Shown here in pieces: positions 46,630-60,714 of a DNA stretch of 64,000 bases. The DNA comes from Cetorhinus maximus (Eukaryota), in assembly GCF_964194155.1 (NCBI RefSeq), contig NC_135893.1, forward strand, positions 19,778,001 through 19,842,000. Direction: 5' to 3'. How positions within the stretch are numbered: the first letter of the stretch is position 1; each line of letters begins with the position of its first letter. The notes beneath the pieces were generated by a model that was not told the origin of the DNA, did not search any database, and saw only the letters and a program-made list of their open reading frames with translations. A program made the position numbers and the translations under genes.

Positions 46630-49354
46630 TTTATCGATTTGACCTGCCAACTTTTAAAGATTTTGTGTGCGTAAGTACCCACCTCTCTTCCTAGATCTCC
46701 TTTAAAATTGTAGCATTTAAGTATATTGTCTGTCTCATTTAATATTGAGTTAATCACTGGATGAAAAGCAGGACATAACACATCAGGTGTGAACTGGACT
46801 GTAGGTGGCAGTGCTAATTTCTGCTGTCTGGAATGAGTATAATAGGCTGCAGATTTAAGCAAAAAAAATGACAAAGTTGCTAAGCGGATTGTTTATTCAA
46901 AGTACTTCTCCATTTGATGGAACAAAATTTGAGTTGAGAAGTCTTCTGTAAACTATAGTCAAATGACCAGATATGGTTTCCATGAATTAAAAAATCCTAC
47001 ACTTGGATTGCTTTCTCCTAATTTCTTTACACCAATAATTAAGCAGGGAAGACAAGAATTGAACATCTCAAAGGTTAAGACTTAAATTTTAGTCACTAAC
47101 TTATAATTTGTCCCATTCTATAATCTGTCTAACACCAGCAAAGTCTGCATTAGAATTCTTTATAGTTCACTTGTGAAAACAGATGCTTTCAATTAGAAAA
47201 GGGATTATAAAGGCAATTATCTTTGTAAGTGAACAGCTGATTATACAGTTATTTAATATGAAACCACATATTTTGTGAAGCTGAACTAAATTCTGTTCTA
47301 TCTGTTCTGTGTTCAGTAAGTCTCTTGTGTTTACACTCGCCCTTTTACTTGGAGATATTTGATACTCAGCATGTGCCATGATTATATTGTTCAGATTTAT
47401 TGTGTTTCATTTTCAAAACTAATTTTTTTCCTTTTCTATAAACCCTCTGGTTATGTATGTGGTATCTCACTGAGTACTGAATAATGTGAAATTCCCACTC
47501 AGTACTGCTTTTGTTTGATAATTGCTGACAATCATGTTGTAACTGTGTTAATTTTTTATGTGTTCGCATTGACTTTCTTCAAACGTATTTAATTTGTTTA
47601 AACAAAATAAAAGAAAGCAACTTTGCAAATAGAATTCTGGGTTATTTTGGAATTGACAGTGACTGCATACCTCTCAAGTGGCACTAAACTGCATGGTCTA
47701 TACAGTATGTACAAGTTGTGCCTTGAATGCTAAGTAAGCACAGCCCACAAACTGAGCAGTGAGTACCCTCAGCCATCACAGTGAAAGCTCTGTACGTACT
47801 GTCTGTAATCAGCACTAATCTAAACATTTCACAGCAAGTCTCAGCCATCTCTTTGTCCATGTTACATGATTGCAGGAATTCTAGCATAGCTTTACTCAGA
47901 AATCATCCACAGATACGCATTCTCTCATGGAGAATAGCTCTGAATTCTCAATTACTGGTTCAATTATCTCTGATTTGCCCAGAACAGACTCTATTGGAAG
48001 AGACTGTGTAGTCAGATACATGGTGACCTTACAGGGAGAGAGTACTCTGGTGCATAGAGACTCTAATAGTGGGAATGGGTTACCCATGAGCTTGATCTGG
48101 TGACTGTTAAACACAGTGATGGGCTTCTAATCATTCAGACATTGACTGTCCATAAAAAAATCTGTTCGATTAGGATCAGCTGCTGCTTGAACTAGACATC
48201 CAATGGTAGAGGAAGCAGTTGTCGTGGTTACTCAGTTACATGAACTGTTAATAATAAATAATTCTGTTTGTAAATACACAGCTCTGATCTAATCTGAGAT
48301 GGGTTTATTCTCTGGGCAGTAATTGCTGTAATCATGGAGATAGGACAATTTTATATAATTTTCCAAATTAAAATTTATCTTGATGCACCATATTCTCTGA
48401 AGAGGCATACATCAGAACAGGATGAATTATCCATGCAAATAACATGTTTTCTAATCTTGTTGCTGAAGCAGCTTGCTCATTTTCATAACAATAAGAGGCT
48501 GTTAGAGGGACAAAACCATTGCACTCGATTCATTCCTCAAACCAGCATTTTACTTTCACATCCTTCAGCCAGCTTTTGCTAAGAAGCAAACAGAGAAATT
48601 AAAGAAACATTTGCTTTTTATTTGCACCTGGGGCACGATGACTAATTTTTGTACATTTATGTATCGAAAATAATGAGAGCAATTGGAAGAAGCTGCAACT
48701 AACAATGCTCGACTCAAAAATTAATGATTTGTTGCAGCCACTATTATCATTTCTGAAGTAATGTCATGTATGAGGATTGAGATTATCCTGTGGTATCAAA
48801 TAAATATCAGGGTCAGGTATTAGAGAAGCAGCCCCATTCATACTGAATCATTGAATCCTTTAGTGAAACCATATTATTTTGATGTCTATGATTGTGAGGG
48901 GAGTGTAGTTACACTGGAGATTGCATAGCAATCAATCTTAGATCTAATTCAAACTGCTTTGAAATGAGAGCATAAATTTGTTCCAATCTAATTTCTCCTG
49001 AAAACAAATTAACTCTTTTGATCTCATGTTACATTTATGCATGGGAAATCCACTGAAAACTTAAGTGGAGCAGACAGTTTTGTGTTACTCTGGTTTATTG
49101 AGGATGAATGATTTAGGTGCTCCCTCCCAATTGGACCCTGAAGAAGAAAGGATGGAATTCAGTGGTATTCCAGATGAAACCAATCACTGGCACATCCTGA
49201 CCTCATATTATCAAAGTAAACTTTGAAACAAGAAAGGGAAAAAAATGTCAACATTGTCTTCTATGAATCAGAATTGCATAGATCATGAGTGTTTTACACT
49301 TGATAATGTTTCCATCTCCTACATTTACTTTTCTTCAATAAGCCTAATTGAAGG

Positions 49355-50602
49355 ACCATAGAATTTTACAGTGCCAAAGGAGGCATCATGCCTGTGTTGG
49401 GTCTTAAGACCTATCTAATTAATCCCATACCCCTGTTCTTTCTCAATAGACCTATAAATCTTTCCTTTTCAACTATTTATGCAATGTTCTTTTGAAAGTT
49501 AGAACTGAAATGCTTCCATCATCCTTCAGGTAGTGCATTCCAGATCACAACAACTTACTGTTTAGAAAAAATTCTCATTTCCCCTCTGGTTCTTTTGCCA
49601 ATTATCTTAAATGTGTGTCTTCTGGTTGTCAAACTATCTGCTGCCGGAAACAGTTTCTCTCCTTAACCTTCTCTGCTCTGAGGAGAACAATCCCAGTTTT
49701 TCTAACCTCTGCATATAACTGAAGCCGTTAACCCCTGGTACCATTCTAGTAAATCTCTACTGCACCCTGTACAAGGGGTGGTGTGGTGTATTGCTCAAAA
49801 TTAGACACAATACTTCAGCTGGGGCCTAACCAGTGTTTTATAGAGATTTAACATAAATTCCTTGCTTTTGTACTCTGTGCCTCTATTTATAAAGCCATGC
49901 ATGCCTTTTTAAGAGCCCTCTCAACTTGATCTGCCACCTTCAAAGACTTGTGTACATAAACCCCCAGGGGTCTCTGTTCCTGTATCTTCTGAAAACTTGT
50001 ACCATTTAGTTTATATTGCTTCTCCTCATTCTTCCTACTGAAAAGAATCACTTTACACAGCTCTGCATTAAATTTTGTCTGTCCATTTCAGCAGTCCTCC
50101 TATGTCCTTCTGGAATCTGGTACTATTCCCCTCAACTGTTTACTAAGTTTAGTGCCATTGCAAACTTTGAAATTATGCCTTGTATATCCAAGTCCAGGTC
50201 ATAAGTATAAATTAAAAAGAGCAGTCGTCCCAACAATGACTTTTGGAGGACGCCACTGTATACTTACCTCTGAAAAACAATCATCCAACGGTACTCTTTG
50301 CTTTCTGTCCATATCCATATCCATGCAGCTACTGCTCCTTTAAATCTGTGAACTTCAATTTTGCTAGCAAGTATACTATGTGGCACTTTATCAAATGTCT
50401 TTTCAAAGTCCATAACAGAACACCAACCCCACTACCTCATAAACACTCTCCAAACTTCATCAAATAACTCAATCAAGTTAGTCAAACATGTTTTGCCTTT
50501 TACAAATCAGTGTTGGCTTTCATTTCTAAGTGCTGGTGTTATCCTAGATTATTGTCTGTAAAAGTTTCCCCCACTGACCTTAGGCTAACTTGCCTGTAGT
50601 TT
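49355..50602 (-). mobile_element. Degraded CR1 LINE (RT to 3' end)
   Basis: gtggcactttatcaaatgtcttttcaaagtccat (DFEKTFDKVPH on -), cttgcttttgtactctgtgcctctatttataaagcc, and CR1 tail at ~49360. Confidence 0.85.
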
Positions 50603-50611
50603 TTTAAAAAT

Positions 50612-52252
50612 TCATTTACAAGATACGGATGTCACTGGCAAGTTTATTGTACATCTCCAATTGCCCTTGAAAAGGTGGTGGTGAACCGCTGCAAACTGTG
50701 TAGTGGAGGCCCTCCAACATTGCTGTTAGATAGGGAGTCCAGGATTTTGACCCAGAGATGATGAAGGAATGTCGATATAGTTCAAAGTAAGGATCATACG
50801 TAACTTTGAAGGGAACTTGAAGGTGGTGCTGTTCCAACGCGCCTCCTGCCCTTGACCTTTGAGGTGGTAGAAGTCATGAATTTGGAAGGTACTGTTGAAG
50901 AAGTCCTGGCAAGTTGCTACAGAGCATTTTGTAGATCGTACACACTGCAGCCATGGTTTTTAAAAATAATTTCACAGGATGTGGGCATAGCTGGATAGGC
51001 CAGCGTTTATTGCCCATCCCTAATTGCCCTTTGCGAGGATGTTGGTGAACTGCCTTCTTGAACTGCTGCAGTCCATGTGATGTGGGTATGTCCACAGTGT
51101 TGTTAGGGAGGGAGTCCAGGATTTTGACCCAGCGACAGAATGGCAATATAGTTCCAAGTTAGGATGGTGTGTGGCTTTGAGGGGAATTGGCAGGTAGTGG
51201 TGTTCCCATGCATCTGCTGCTCTTGTCCTTCTAGGTGACAGAGGTCAAGGGTTTGGAAGATGCTGTTGAAGGAGCCTTTGTGAGTTCCTGCAGTGCATCT
51301 TGTAGATGATACACACTGCTGCTATTGTGCTTTGGTGGTGGAGGGAGTGAAAGTTGAAGCTGGTGGATGGGGTGCCAATCAAGCGGGCTGCTTTGTCCTG
51401 GGTGGTGTTGAGCTTCTTGAGTGCTGTTGGAGCTATACTCATCCAGGCAAGTGACAGTATTCAATCACTTGTAGATGATGGACAGGCTTTTGAGTGTCAG
51501 GAGGTGAGTTACTCACCACAGAATTTCCAGCCTCTGACCTATTCTTGTAGCCACAGTATTTATATGGCTGGCCCAGTTCAGTTTTTGGTCAATGGTAATG
51601 CCAGGATGTTGATAGTGGGGGATTCAGTGATAGTAATGTCATTGAATGTCAAGGGGAGATGGTTGGATTCTCTCTTGTTGGAGATGGTCATTGCCTGGCA
51701 CTTGTGTGGCACGAATGTTACTTGCCACTTATCAGCCCAAGCCTGAATGTTGTCCAGTTCTTGCTACCTATGGGCACAGGCTGCTTCAGTATCTGAGGAG
51801 TCATGAAACGTGCTGAACATTGTGCAATCAGGTAGATTAATGAGGACAGGGTCAAGTGGGTTTTTCACTCTTGTTGGTTACCTCACTACCTGCTACAGAT
51901 CCAGTCCAGCAACTATTTCCTTTAGGACTCGGCCAGCCCAGTCAGCAGTGGTGCTACTGAGCCACTCTTGGTGATGGGCATTGAAATCCCCCACTGAGAC
52001 TACATTCTGTGCCCTTGCCACCCTCAGTTCTTCCTCCAAGTGGTATTCAAAATGGAGGAGTACTGATTTGGCAGCTGAGAGGGAGTTGGTAGGTGGTAAT
52101 CAGCAGGAGGTTTCCTTGCCCATGTTTGACCTGATGCCATGAGACTTCGTGGGGTCCAGAGTCGAACTCCCAGGGCAACTCCCTCCCAACTGTATACCAC
52201 TGTGCTGCCACCTCTGGTGGGTCTGTCCTGTCGGTGGGACAGGACATACTGT
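50612..52252 (-). mobile_element. Stacked and internally deleted fragments of the same LINE family as 60715-63925
   Basis: Two tandem 3' ends (~50612, ~50965) plus APE text (VLSHRQDRPTRGGSTVVY, HQVKHGQGNLLLITTY). Confidence 0.85.
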
Positions 52253-55200
52253 TCACACTTCTGGCCTACCAAAATCCCACTTTAGTGGAGGCAGCTGGTG
52301 ATTTAAATGGCCAGCTGCCTCTGTAAACCATGCATGCATGAACCCTGACTTAACTCCAGTCCCACCCCGCAAAAATAGGAAGTGCCGTGTTCAGGGCAGT
52401 ACTTAGGATTTCCAGGCTCATCTGCCATTTTCGCCATGAGGACCATGGTCCTGTGTTTAGAGTCCCCAAGCTCCTCCCAGCTTTAACAGGATCTATTCTC
52501 CTTGCCCCAGTAGGGTGAATTTTCCAGTGACTTTGTAAACAAAGTCCCCTTCACTTAATCTTCTGAACATACTTGAATGGACTTCCTGTAGCAAGGCGCC
52601 AACCGATGACTCCTTGAAGTTTTGTTTCTTTGAACAGGGAATCCATCCTCACCTGCACTCTGCTTGGAGGTTAACCTGAAAACAGTTATTTTCTTCTGCC
52701 TGGCTTAGCAGCACCTGTTGAGGGTTTTCCTCCCCAAATCTCCCTGGATGACTCTGAGAGTCTGAGTCTGTATACAGCAAGAACAGCTGCCTCCTTTTTT
52801 GTGTCCAGGTGTTAAAACTTTCAATCATTTTTGACCTGGGTCCCTGTCCCCATGGCAACCAGGTCAATTGGGCTTGTCCCTAGGCAGATTTAGTATGAGG
52901 TCACATGGATTTTTCTCCAAGCAAATTTCATTGGCGATCCCACCCTCCTCACCAAACTACTTTATTTTATATCGTAACAATCGAATACTTCAGTTTCTGA
53001 GGAGTTGCAAATGGAGCTAAACACTGTGCAGCCATCAGTGAACAGCCCCATTTTTGATGTTCTGATGGAGGGAAGATCATTAATGAAACAGTTAAAGATG
53101 ACGGGACCTATTTCCCTTTGGTATTCCTGCATCGATGTCCTGGTGCTGAAATGATGGGCCCCTCACAATATTTTTGACTTGAACTGGCTGGGGTGTGTGT
53201 CATGTGCTGTGTGTCATTGACACTCTGCCCAGTATCAAAAGGTCATCCTACTGAAGAGGATCACTAAGGTACACTCCCCTTTTATTGGTGGTGGCAGGAG
53301 AAGTAATCTATATGTCTCTAGACTCTGCAAATCCACTGCCCTCACAAAAAACACTGAGGGGCCCCCCACAATAGTACTATGTTCTCCAGCCCAAGGCTGG
53401 TCTCCGGGTACTCCGACTCAGGCTGCAGCACTCAAAATGAACCGGGCCTCTGCCATGACGATGAGGTGGTGGCCGCCAACCTGCCTAGAGTCTGCTCGCC
53501 CATCACTACCAGAATTCTTTCATAGTATCAAAAATAAAAAGTATTAAGTGCAGAGGCCCAAGAAATGGACATTTGCATTCAACTGTTGGAATCAGTAAAC
53601 GTCACTTAAAGTCATTAATATAATTCTACACACACAGGGTAGCCATATGTTGTGAGAATAATGAAAATATCATCACATAAATCCTACATACTGGAGGGAA
53701 TGATCATGCTACATACTACAGAAAACACTGGCTGGGAAAATTATCCACCTTCCCACTGTAAGTTTGTCAGGATCCCACCAATAGAGCTGAAAACAAGATC
53801 AGCACCTGGATATCCTGGGCCCCTGCCTTGGGCTGCAGATTTCCTAATGGCTTGTTGGGATTTGAGTTTCTTACCATCAGAAACATGGGCATGATGTTGG
53901 AAAAAGATGGCCCCCTACACCAGGAGCTCCCATGCACCCATTCTTCAGTGGAACCTGCCAAATAATCCCCAATCCCACCTTTTCACAACCCGGGCGAAGT
54001 GGGATCTGTATTGTGGCCTGAGCCCATCATCATTTTATGGGGGAACCCTTACAAAGTGAGCTGCTACAACGGTTATGGTGGGGGAAAATGGAACTGAAAT
54101 TTCAGTTGGATTTTACAACTTTTTAAAATGGGGGCAGGGGCACCCCAGGTGTACCATGAGGATGCCAACAGCATTTAAGTTGGGGGACCTCGCTGCAACC
54201 TTGACAGAGTCAAAGGATGTGGACTGACACATCTCAGCATTTAAGCTGGGGTTTGCTAACTCCCGCCACTGCAGATTTTCAGGACGACTGTTTGTGCCAT
54301 GATCCCATCCTGGGCTCCTGAAGATTCCAGGTCAATTTTAAATTATTTATTAACAGTCCACTTACAAGACGACCAGTCCTGTGGGACAAGGTAGGACTGA
54401 AGATGTAGCCCCAGTGATGTGGGTGCCTGCCGACTCTATGCTAATTAGGGTCTCGTCTCTCCCCCCCCTCCCCCCTCCCCGGCCCCCCCGCCAAGTACTC
54501 TGGCAGGGTCAGGTCTGGAGATCTCAGGCAGGCGTGATTCCCAGCATTGGGACCCATGGAATTTTTGGACCATCAGGTTCATTTGTACCACTCGCCAGAA
54601 AGAACATTTAAGCTAAAACACTTTAAGAAATTAAAGCGTTTGAAATTGGTCTAAAATAAAAAATGAGAACCTAGGAGCAAGAGCTGGAGTAAAGAGCTCT
54701 TACAGCTCTGCACAATATCTCAAATACGGCTGAATGGTCTCCAGCATTGCCTGAACTGATCCTGCCACCCGGTGTCCGATTTCTCAAGCTGCACATATTG
54801 AAATGCTGACACAGTACGAAATAGATTTTAATTCCAACAAATGTGTGGAATGGGCTGGTGATAAACATTCTTTCTTTATTAATCCACCAGCAGTAGATTT
54901 AAATTTATGAAGAAATAAAAATAGAAATACAAACTGAGATTAAAGATCCAAAAGAGTACCTGATCTCTCAAAAGGGGGTTCAATTTTATTTCTGCTGGAC
55001 TGTAAATGTAAAAGCACAAAGCAAATAAAGACTTTGGAAACTTAGCAGATCTTCTGAAGCACAATATGTCACACAATGAAACATCCTCCGGGAGCTGGAA
55101 ACAGAGATTGGGGCTGTTTCCAGGTCCTGAAGCCACCCTGGGGGAAAGTCACTCGATGTGATTTTCACAGGGGCGACCAATTAATGGCCAAAGCTCGGGC

Positions 55201-57647
55201 TCACCGTCCAATTGGTGGGCTGATTTCCAAAGCTGGAGGGCCAATCAGAGACCTTACAACTTGAAAAGAGCAGCATGTTGCAATGGAGGGTAAGTGAGGG
55301 ATAGGGTGTTACAAGATGGAGCTTTGCTTGTAAGAGATAAAAGCCTGGATTTTCATCACCGAGGCAGGTAGAAGGAGTCGGGAAAATTTCCAGCTCGGCC
55401 AGCCTGCCTCAGGACAAAGTTCCAACAAAGGCAGGAACTGCATTGCTGGGTGGAGGGTGTGGGCTGCAGTCAGGTCAGCTGACCAGGGAAAGAGGTTGGG
55501 GGCAGCCTCAGTGCTGTGGGAGTTTGTTCCAGTTATACTAAAAACAGAAAGGTCCTCCAGTCCTCATCTTCCACACAATCCCCATGCCCTATTCATGCCA
55601 CTTCATGCCCCCCACCCCCCAACACCCCACATGGCCCCTCATACCCCTATGCCACCCTATGCCCCTCCACCCACCATGCTACCTCATGCTCCCTATGCCA
55701 AGATATGGCACTTCCATGCTCAGTGACACACTATACACTGTATAGAACCAATGAACCATATGACAGTAGGATGTGAAATTAAGCTTTAAAAAAGTCATTA
55801 ATTCATTCATTACTTACCATTATGTTAAAAAAAATAATTTCACTGCAGGGCAATAAAAGTGTCAATCATCCAGACCCTTAAAAGTATCAATAACAGAAAC
55901 CACAAAACCTTGGAACCATTTAATCTTGTGTAAATAACCATTATGAAATTGACCACAGAGATCAGGGAGCCAGAGCTGTCAATCAAGCAATGTTTTCCCT
56001 GGGGCACAGCTGTTTCAATAGAAATAATGGATATCTGGGTTCTCAGCCAAGCTCTGTGGTTTGAACTATTCATTTCAAGGTGCAGTGTCTCCTTTATTGC
56101 TGCCACACACTGTCATGTTGGTTTCAATAAGCTATCAACCATTACCTCAGAGACCTTTCCTGTCCAGTCCTTTAGTGTGGAACTTAGTTAGTTTCTGTTC
56201 TCACCTAGGACCAGGAGTAAGCCATTCAGCCCCTTGAGCCTGCGCCACTATTTAACTAGATCATGGCTGATCTACCTCAATGCCATTTTCCTGCACTATC
56301 CCCATATCCCTTAATGTGGTTGGTATCTAGAAATCTATTGACTTCTGCTTTGAACATTCTCAGTGACTGAGCCTCCAAAGCCCTCTGGGGTAGAGAATTC
56401 CAAAGATTTACCACCCTCTCACTGAAGAAATTCTTCATTTTCTCGGTCTTAAATGGCCTGCCTCTTATTCTGAGACCATGTCCCCTTGGTTCTAGACCAC
56501 ACCACCCCCCGCGCCCCCCCCACCCCACCCCCACCCCTGCCACACCCCAAGCAGAGGAAACATCCTTCCTGTATCTATCCTGTCAAGCCCTGAAAGAATC
56601 TTGTACACTTCAATTAAATCACTTATCATTCTTCTTCTAAACTCTGGAAAATACAGGCCTAGTCTCCTCAATCTTTCCTCATAGGACAACCCTGCCATCT
56701 CCGGGATTAGTCTGGTGAACCTCACATTGCTACCTAGTTTTGCGTCATCAGCAAACTTGGAAATATTACATTTGGTCCCCATATCCAAATCATTGATACA
56801 GATTGTGAATAGCTGGGGCCCAAGCACTGATCCTTACGGTACCCCTCTGCCAACCTGAGAATGATCTCCTTTATCCCAGCTGTCTGTTTTCTGTCTGTTA
56901 ATCAATCCTCAATCCATGCCAGTACATTTCCCCAGTCCCATGAGCTCTAATTTTTCTTACTTACCTCCTGTGTGGCACATTATTGAAAGCCTTCTGAAAA
57001 TTCAAATAAACGACATCCACTGATTTTCGCTTAACTATTCTGCTAGTAACATCCTCAAAAAACTCCAACAGGTTTGCTAAACATGATTTCCCTTTCATAA
57101 ATACATGTTGACTCTGCTCAATCTCACCATTATTTTCTAAATGCCCAGCTATCAAATCCTTTAGAATAGATTCTAGCATTTTCCCTACTACTGATGTCAG
57201 GCTAACAGGTCTGAAGTTCCCTGTTTTCTCTCTCCCTCGTTTTTACATAATGGGGTCACATTTCCTACCTTCCAATTTGCAGACGCTGTTCCAGAATCTG
57301 TAGAATTTTGAAAGATGATCAACAATGCATCCACTATCTCTACAGCCACTTCTTTCAACACTCTGGGATGTAGATCATCAGGTCCAGGAGATTTATCGAC
57401 TTTCAGCCCCATTAATTTCTCCAACACTACTCTTTTACTAATACTAATTTCTTTCAGATTCTCAATCTCACTAGTCCCTTGGTTCCCCAATATTTCAGGG
57501 AGGTTTCTTGTATCTTCCTCTGTGAAGACAGACATAAAGCAATTGTTTAGTTTTTCTGCCATCTCCTTATTACCCATTATAAATTCTCCTGTCTCTGCTG
57601 TAATGGGTCCCCATTTGTCCTTAATAGCCTTTTCCCTTTTTACAAAC

Positions 57648-57968
57648 TTTTCCCCTTAGTGGAGGGGTCAGCAACCAAGGGGCATAGATTTAAGGTAAGG
57701 GGCAGGAGGTTTAGAGCAAATATGAGGAAAAATATTTTCACCCAGAGGGGGGTATCTGGAACTCACTGTCTGAAAGGGTAGTAGAGCCGGGAGCTCTCAC
57801 AACATTTAAGAAGTATGTAGATGAACACTTGAAACACCATAGCATCCAAGGCTATGGGCCAAATGCTGGAAAATGGGATTAGAATAGATAGGGGCTTGAT
57901 AGCCGGCGTGGACATGATGGGCCGAAGGGCCTCTTTCCGTGCTGTAATACTCTATGACTCTTTGACTC
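57648..57968 (+). mobile_element. CR1 3' end nested antisense in the long CR1
   Basis: aaccaaggggcatagatttaaggt...gatgggccgaagggcctctttccgtgctgtaatactctatgactc. Confidence 0.85.
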
Positions 57969-58187
57969 TACACCTATAAAAGCTTTAACAGTCTGTTTTG
58001 ATGTTCCTTGCTAGTTTAATTTCATATTCTATTCTCTCTATCAATTTCTTTGTTCTCTTTTGCTGAATTTTAAAAAGCTCCCAATCCCCAGATTTACTAC
58101 TTTTTTGGCAACTTTATGTGCTTCTTCCTTTGATTTGATATAATTCTCAAATTCTCTTGTTAGACATAGTTGGATCTCTTTTCCTAT

Positions 58188-58899
58188 AGGCAGGATCTTC
58201 CGGTTGGCGGGGCCCGCTCACCGACACGTAAAATGACGCGAGATGGCGTCAGCTGGAACTCCCGATATCACCCCACATCATTTTCATTTTCAGGTCGGCA
58301 GGGGCACAGCCGAGTCAGCTGCGCGCCCGCTGACCTGTCAACGGCCTTTTGAGGCTATTGAAAAACTAATTAAGGTCACTAATCGACCTGCCCATCCAAC
58401 CTTAAAGTTGGCGGGCAGGCCGGGAGCCCTGGCGGGCTTCGGAAAAAGCATGAAACCCCATCCATGGGCAGAATGAGGTTTCATGAGGGTATTTAAATTT
58501 TTATCCAATCTTTCAGTAAAAGTTATGGACATGTCCCAACTCATGTGACAGTGTCACATGAGGGGACATGTCAGGGAAATTTTTTTATCATTTATATTAA
58601 AAATTTTAATTCTAAGCTGATCTCCCTGACGCAGCACTTAGCCTCAGGGAGATCTGTGTGCTCTTTCGCGTGCATGTGCGAAAGAGCATACTCCCAGCTG
58701 AGGGAATCCACCGCCCCCCCCCCACCACCCCACCCCCCCGGCCGCACAGGGAGTGCATAGCGCTTCCGAGCGGACATAACGCTGGCTGGGCCTTAATTGG
58801 CCTGCCCACGTAAAATGGCAGCATGTCCCCGATTGGGGGCGCCAATCGGAGTCATGCCCGCTCCTGCACTTCCCCCCCAATGGGGGGAAAATTTTTCCC
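58188..58899 (+). mobile_element. PIF/Harbinger-type MITE nested in CR1 (same family as 37039-37727)
   Basis: Shared internals (cgtaaaatgacgcg, gagtcagctgcgcgccc, catgtccca.ctcatgtgaca.tgtcaca.gaggggacatg); degenerate TIR; flanks TAT/TGT. Confidence 0.8.
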
Positions 58900-60714
58900 T
58901 GTGGGTTTTTTGTATCTTAAAGGAATGCAAATCTGTTGTAAACCATGTATTAATTCTTTAAATGCTAGCCATTGTTGACCATCATACCTTTTAATGTAGT
59001 TCCCCAATCTACCTCAGCCAAATTGCCCCTCATACATTCGTAGTTTCCTTTGTTTACATTAAAGACCCAAGTTTCAGATTGAATCACATCACTTTCAAAC
59101 TTCACGTAAAATTCTTTCGTATTATGGTCACTCATCCCTAAAGGCTCCTTTACAATGAGATTATTAATTGGGTCTTTCACATTGCAAGATAATAGATCTA
59201 AAATAGCCTGTTCTCTAATTGGTTCCTCAACATACTGTTCTAGAAAACCATCGTGTATACATTCCAGGAATTCGTCCTCCTCAGCATTAGTGCTAATTTG
59301 GTTTACCCAGTCTATATGTGGAATGAAGTCCTCAGTGATCACTGTATTATCCTTGTTACATGCACCTATAATTTCTTGATTTATGCTGTGCCCTACATTA
59401 CCACAACTATTTTGTGGCCTATTAACAACTCCTACCAAAGTTTTCTCCCCCTTGCCACTTTTCAGTTCCACCCAAACTGATTTTACATCTTGGCTGTCCG
59501 ATCTAAGATCCTGATCACATTCTTTATTAACAGTGCGACTCCACCTCCTTTGCCTTTTTGCCTATCCTTTCTAAATGCTGAATACACTTGAACTTTCAGT
59601 TCCCAGCCTTGGTCACCCTGCAGCAAATCTCATAATGGGAATTACAACATACCTGTTTACTTCTTTTTGTGCTGTCAATTCATCTACCTTGATGCAAACG
59701 CTATGTGCATTCAGGTAGGGTGCCTTTAATTCTGACTTATTATTTTTGCAATCTCTAGCTTAACTGCTGCTGCACTGTTATGTTTGTTTCTCTGTCCCTT
59801 TCTGATGCACTTTGGTAACCATTTCCCTTATTGCTATCCTGCTCTATTACCTTTTTCTCTCTTTTTAGTTTATCACATCTTCTCTCACCCCCACTATTTA
59901 GTTTAAAGCCCTCTCTACTTCTCTATACGACTTGCCAGAACACTGGTCACAGCACAGTTGAGGTGAAGACTGTGCCAACGGTACAGTTCCCATTTCCTCC
60001 AATGATGCCAGTGCCTCAGGTATCAAAACCCTTTTCTCCCACACCAATCTTTAAGCCATGCATTTAACTCTCTCACTGCTTATTTCTTTTTCCAGTTTTG
60101 TTGTCTTGCATTTCTCCATATTAAATGCTTTTTTTCTACTCATCATCTTACTATTCAAATTATCCAGAAACATCCCCTGCCCACTGCCAACCCCCATCTA
60201 GCACCAAAGTAGGTGTTATCCTCAAATTTAGAGAACTTAGATCTGTCCTCAGCTACACACCATTTCCAAATGCTGTAAAGAGCAATGGCCCCAGCATTGA
60301 TCCTTAGTCACTAATGACACAGGCCCTGTTAAAAGAGTTTAATCCACAACCGCCCTTTGCATTCTCTGCTTTAGTCAATTTCTCAACCACTTTAGAAACT
60401 TGTCTTGTAGTCTATGTCATCCTACCTTAATCCTTAATGCGAATCAGTTTCAAAAGCCTGGCAGAAAACAAAATAGATTGAATCCACAGGCTTGTGGTTG
60501 TCCACATGGTCCCTCATTTCTTCCAGTAAATTTATTTAGCAAGAACACTTATCATGATGATTCCAGCTCACCATTCCATACCCACCAGAGTGTTTCCTTA
60601 GGCCCTGTTTTGTGACAACTCCTAATACCAAATTGACAACAGACGTAAGGCTCACTATTCTGATGTTCCTTACATTGTCCCCTGCCCTTTTAAAGATTGG
60701 CATTTATGTCACCT

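Larger units (their letters stand above)
56205..60070 (-). mobile_element. Long degraded CR1 LINE (ORF1 SGNH-esterase C-terminus, APE, RT, 3' tail) carrying nested insertions
   Basis: ORF1 remnant LNAWLKDWCGRKGF...SLHLN (~59900-60065). APE ILDL...PLGMSDHN (58965-59471). RT KSPGPDDLHPRVLKE, SQHVFMKGKSCLANLLEFFE, LGPQLFTICIND, FADD. Tail at ~56210. Confidence 0.92.

Noticed and set aside
47465-47510. Possible miRNA hairpin (AGTACTGA...TCAGTACT)
   Set aside because: Stem only ~8 bp, far too short for a pre-miRNA.
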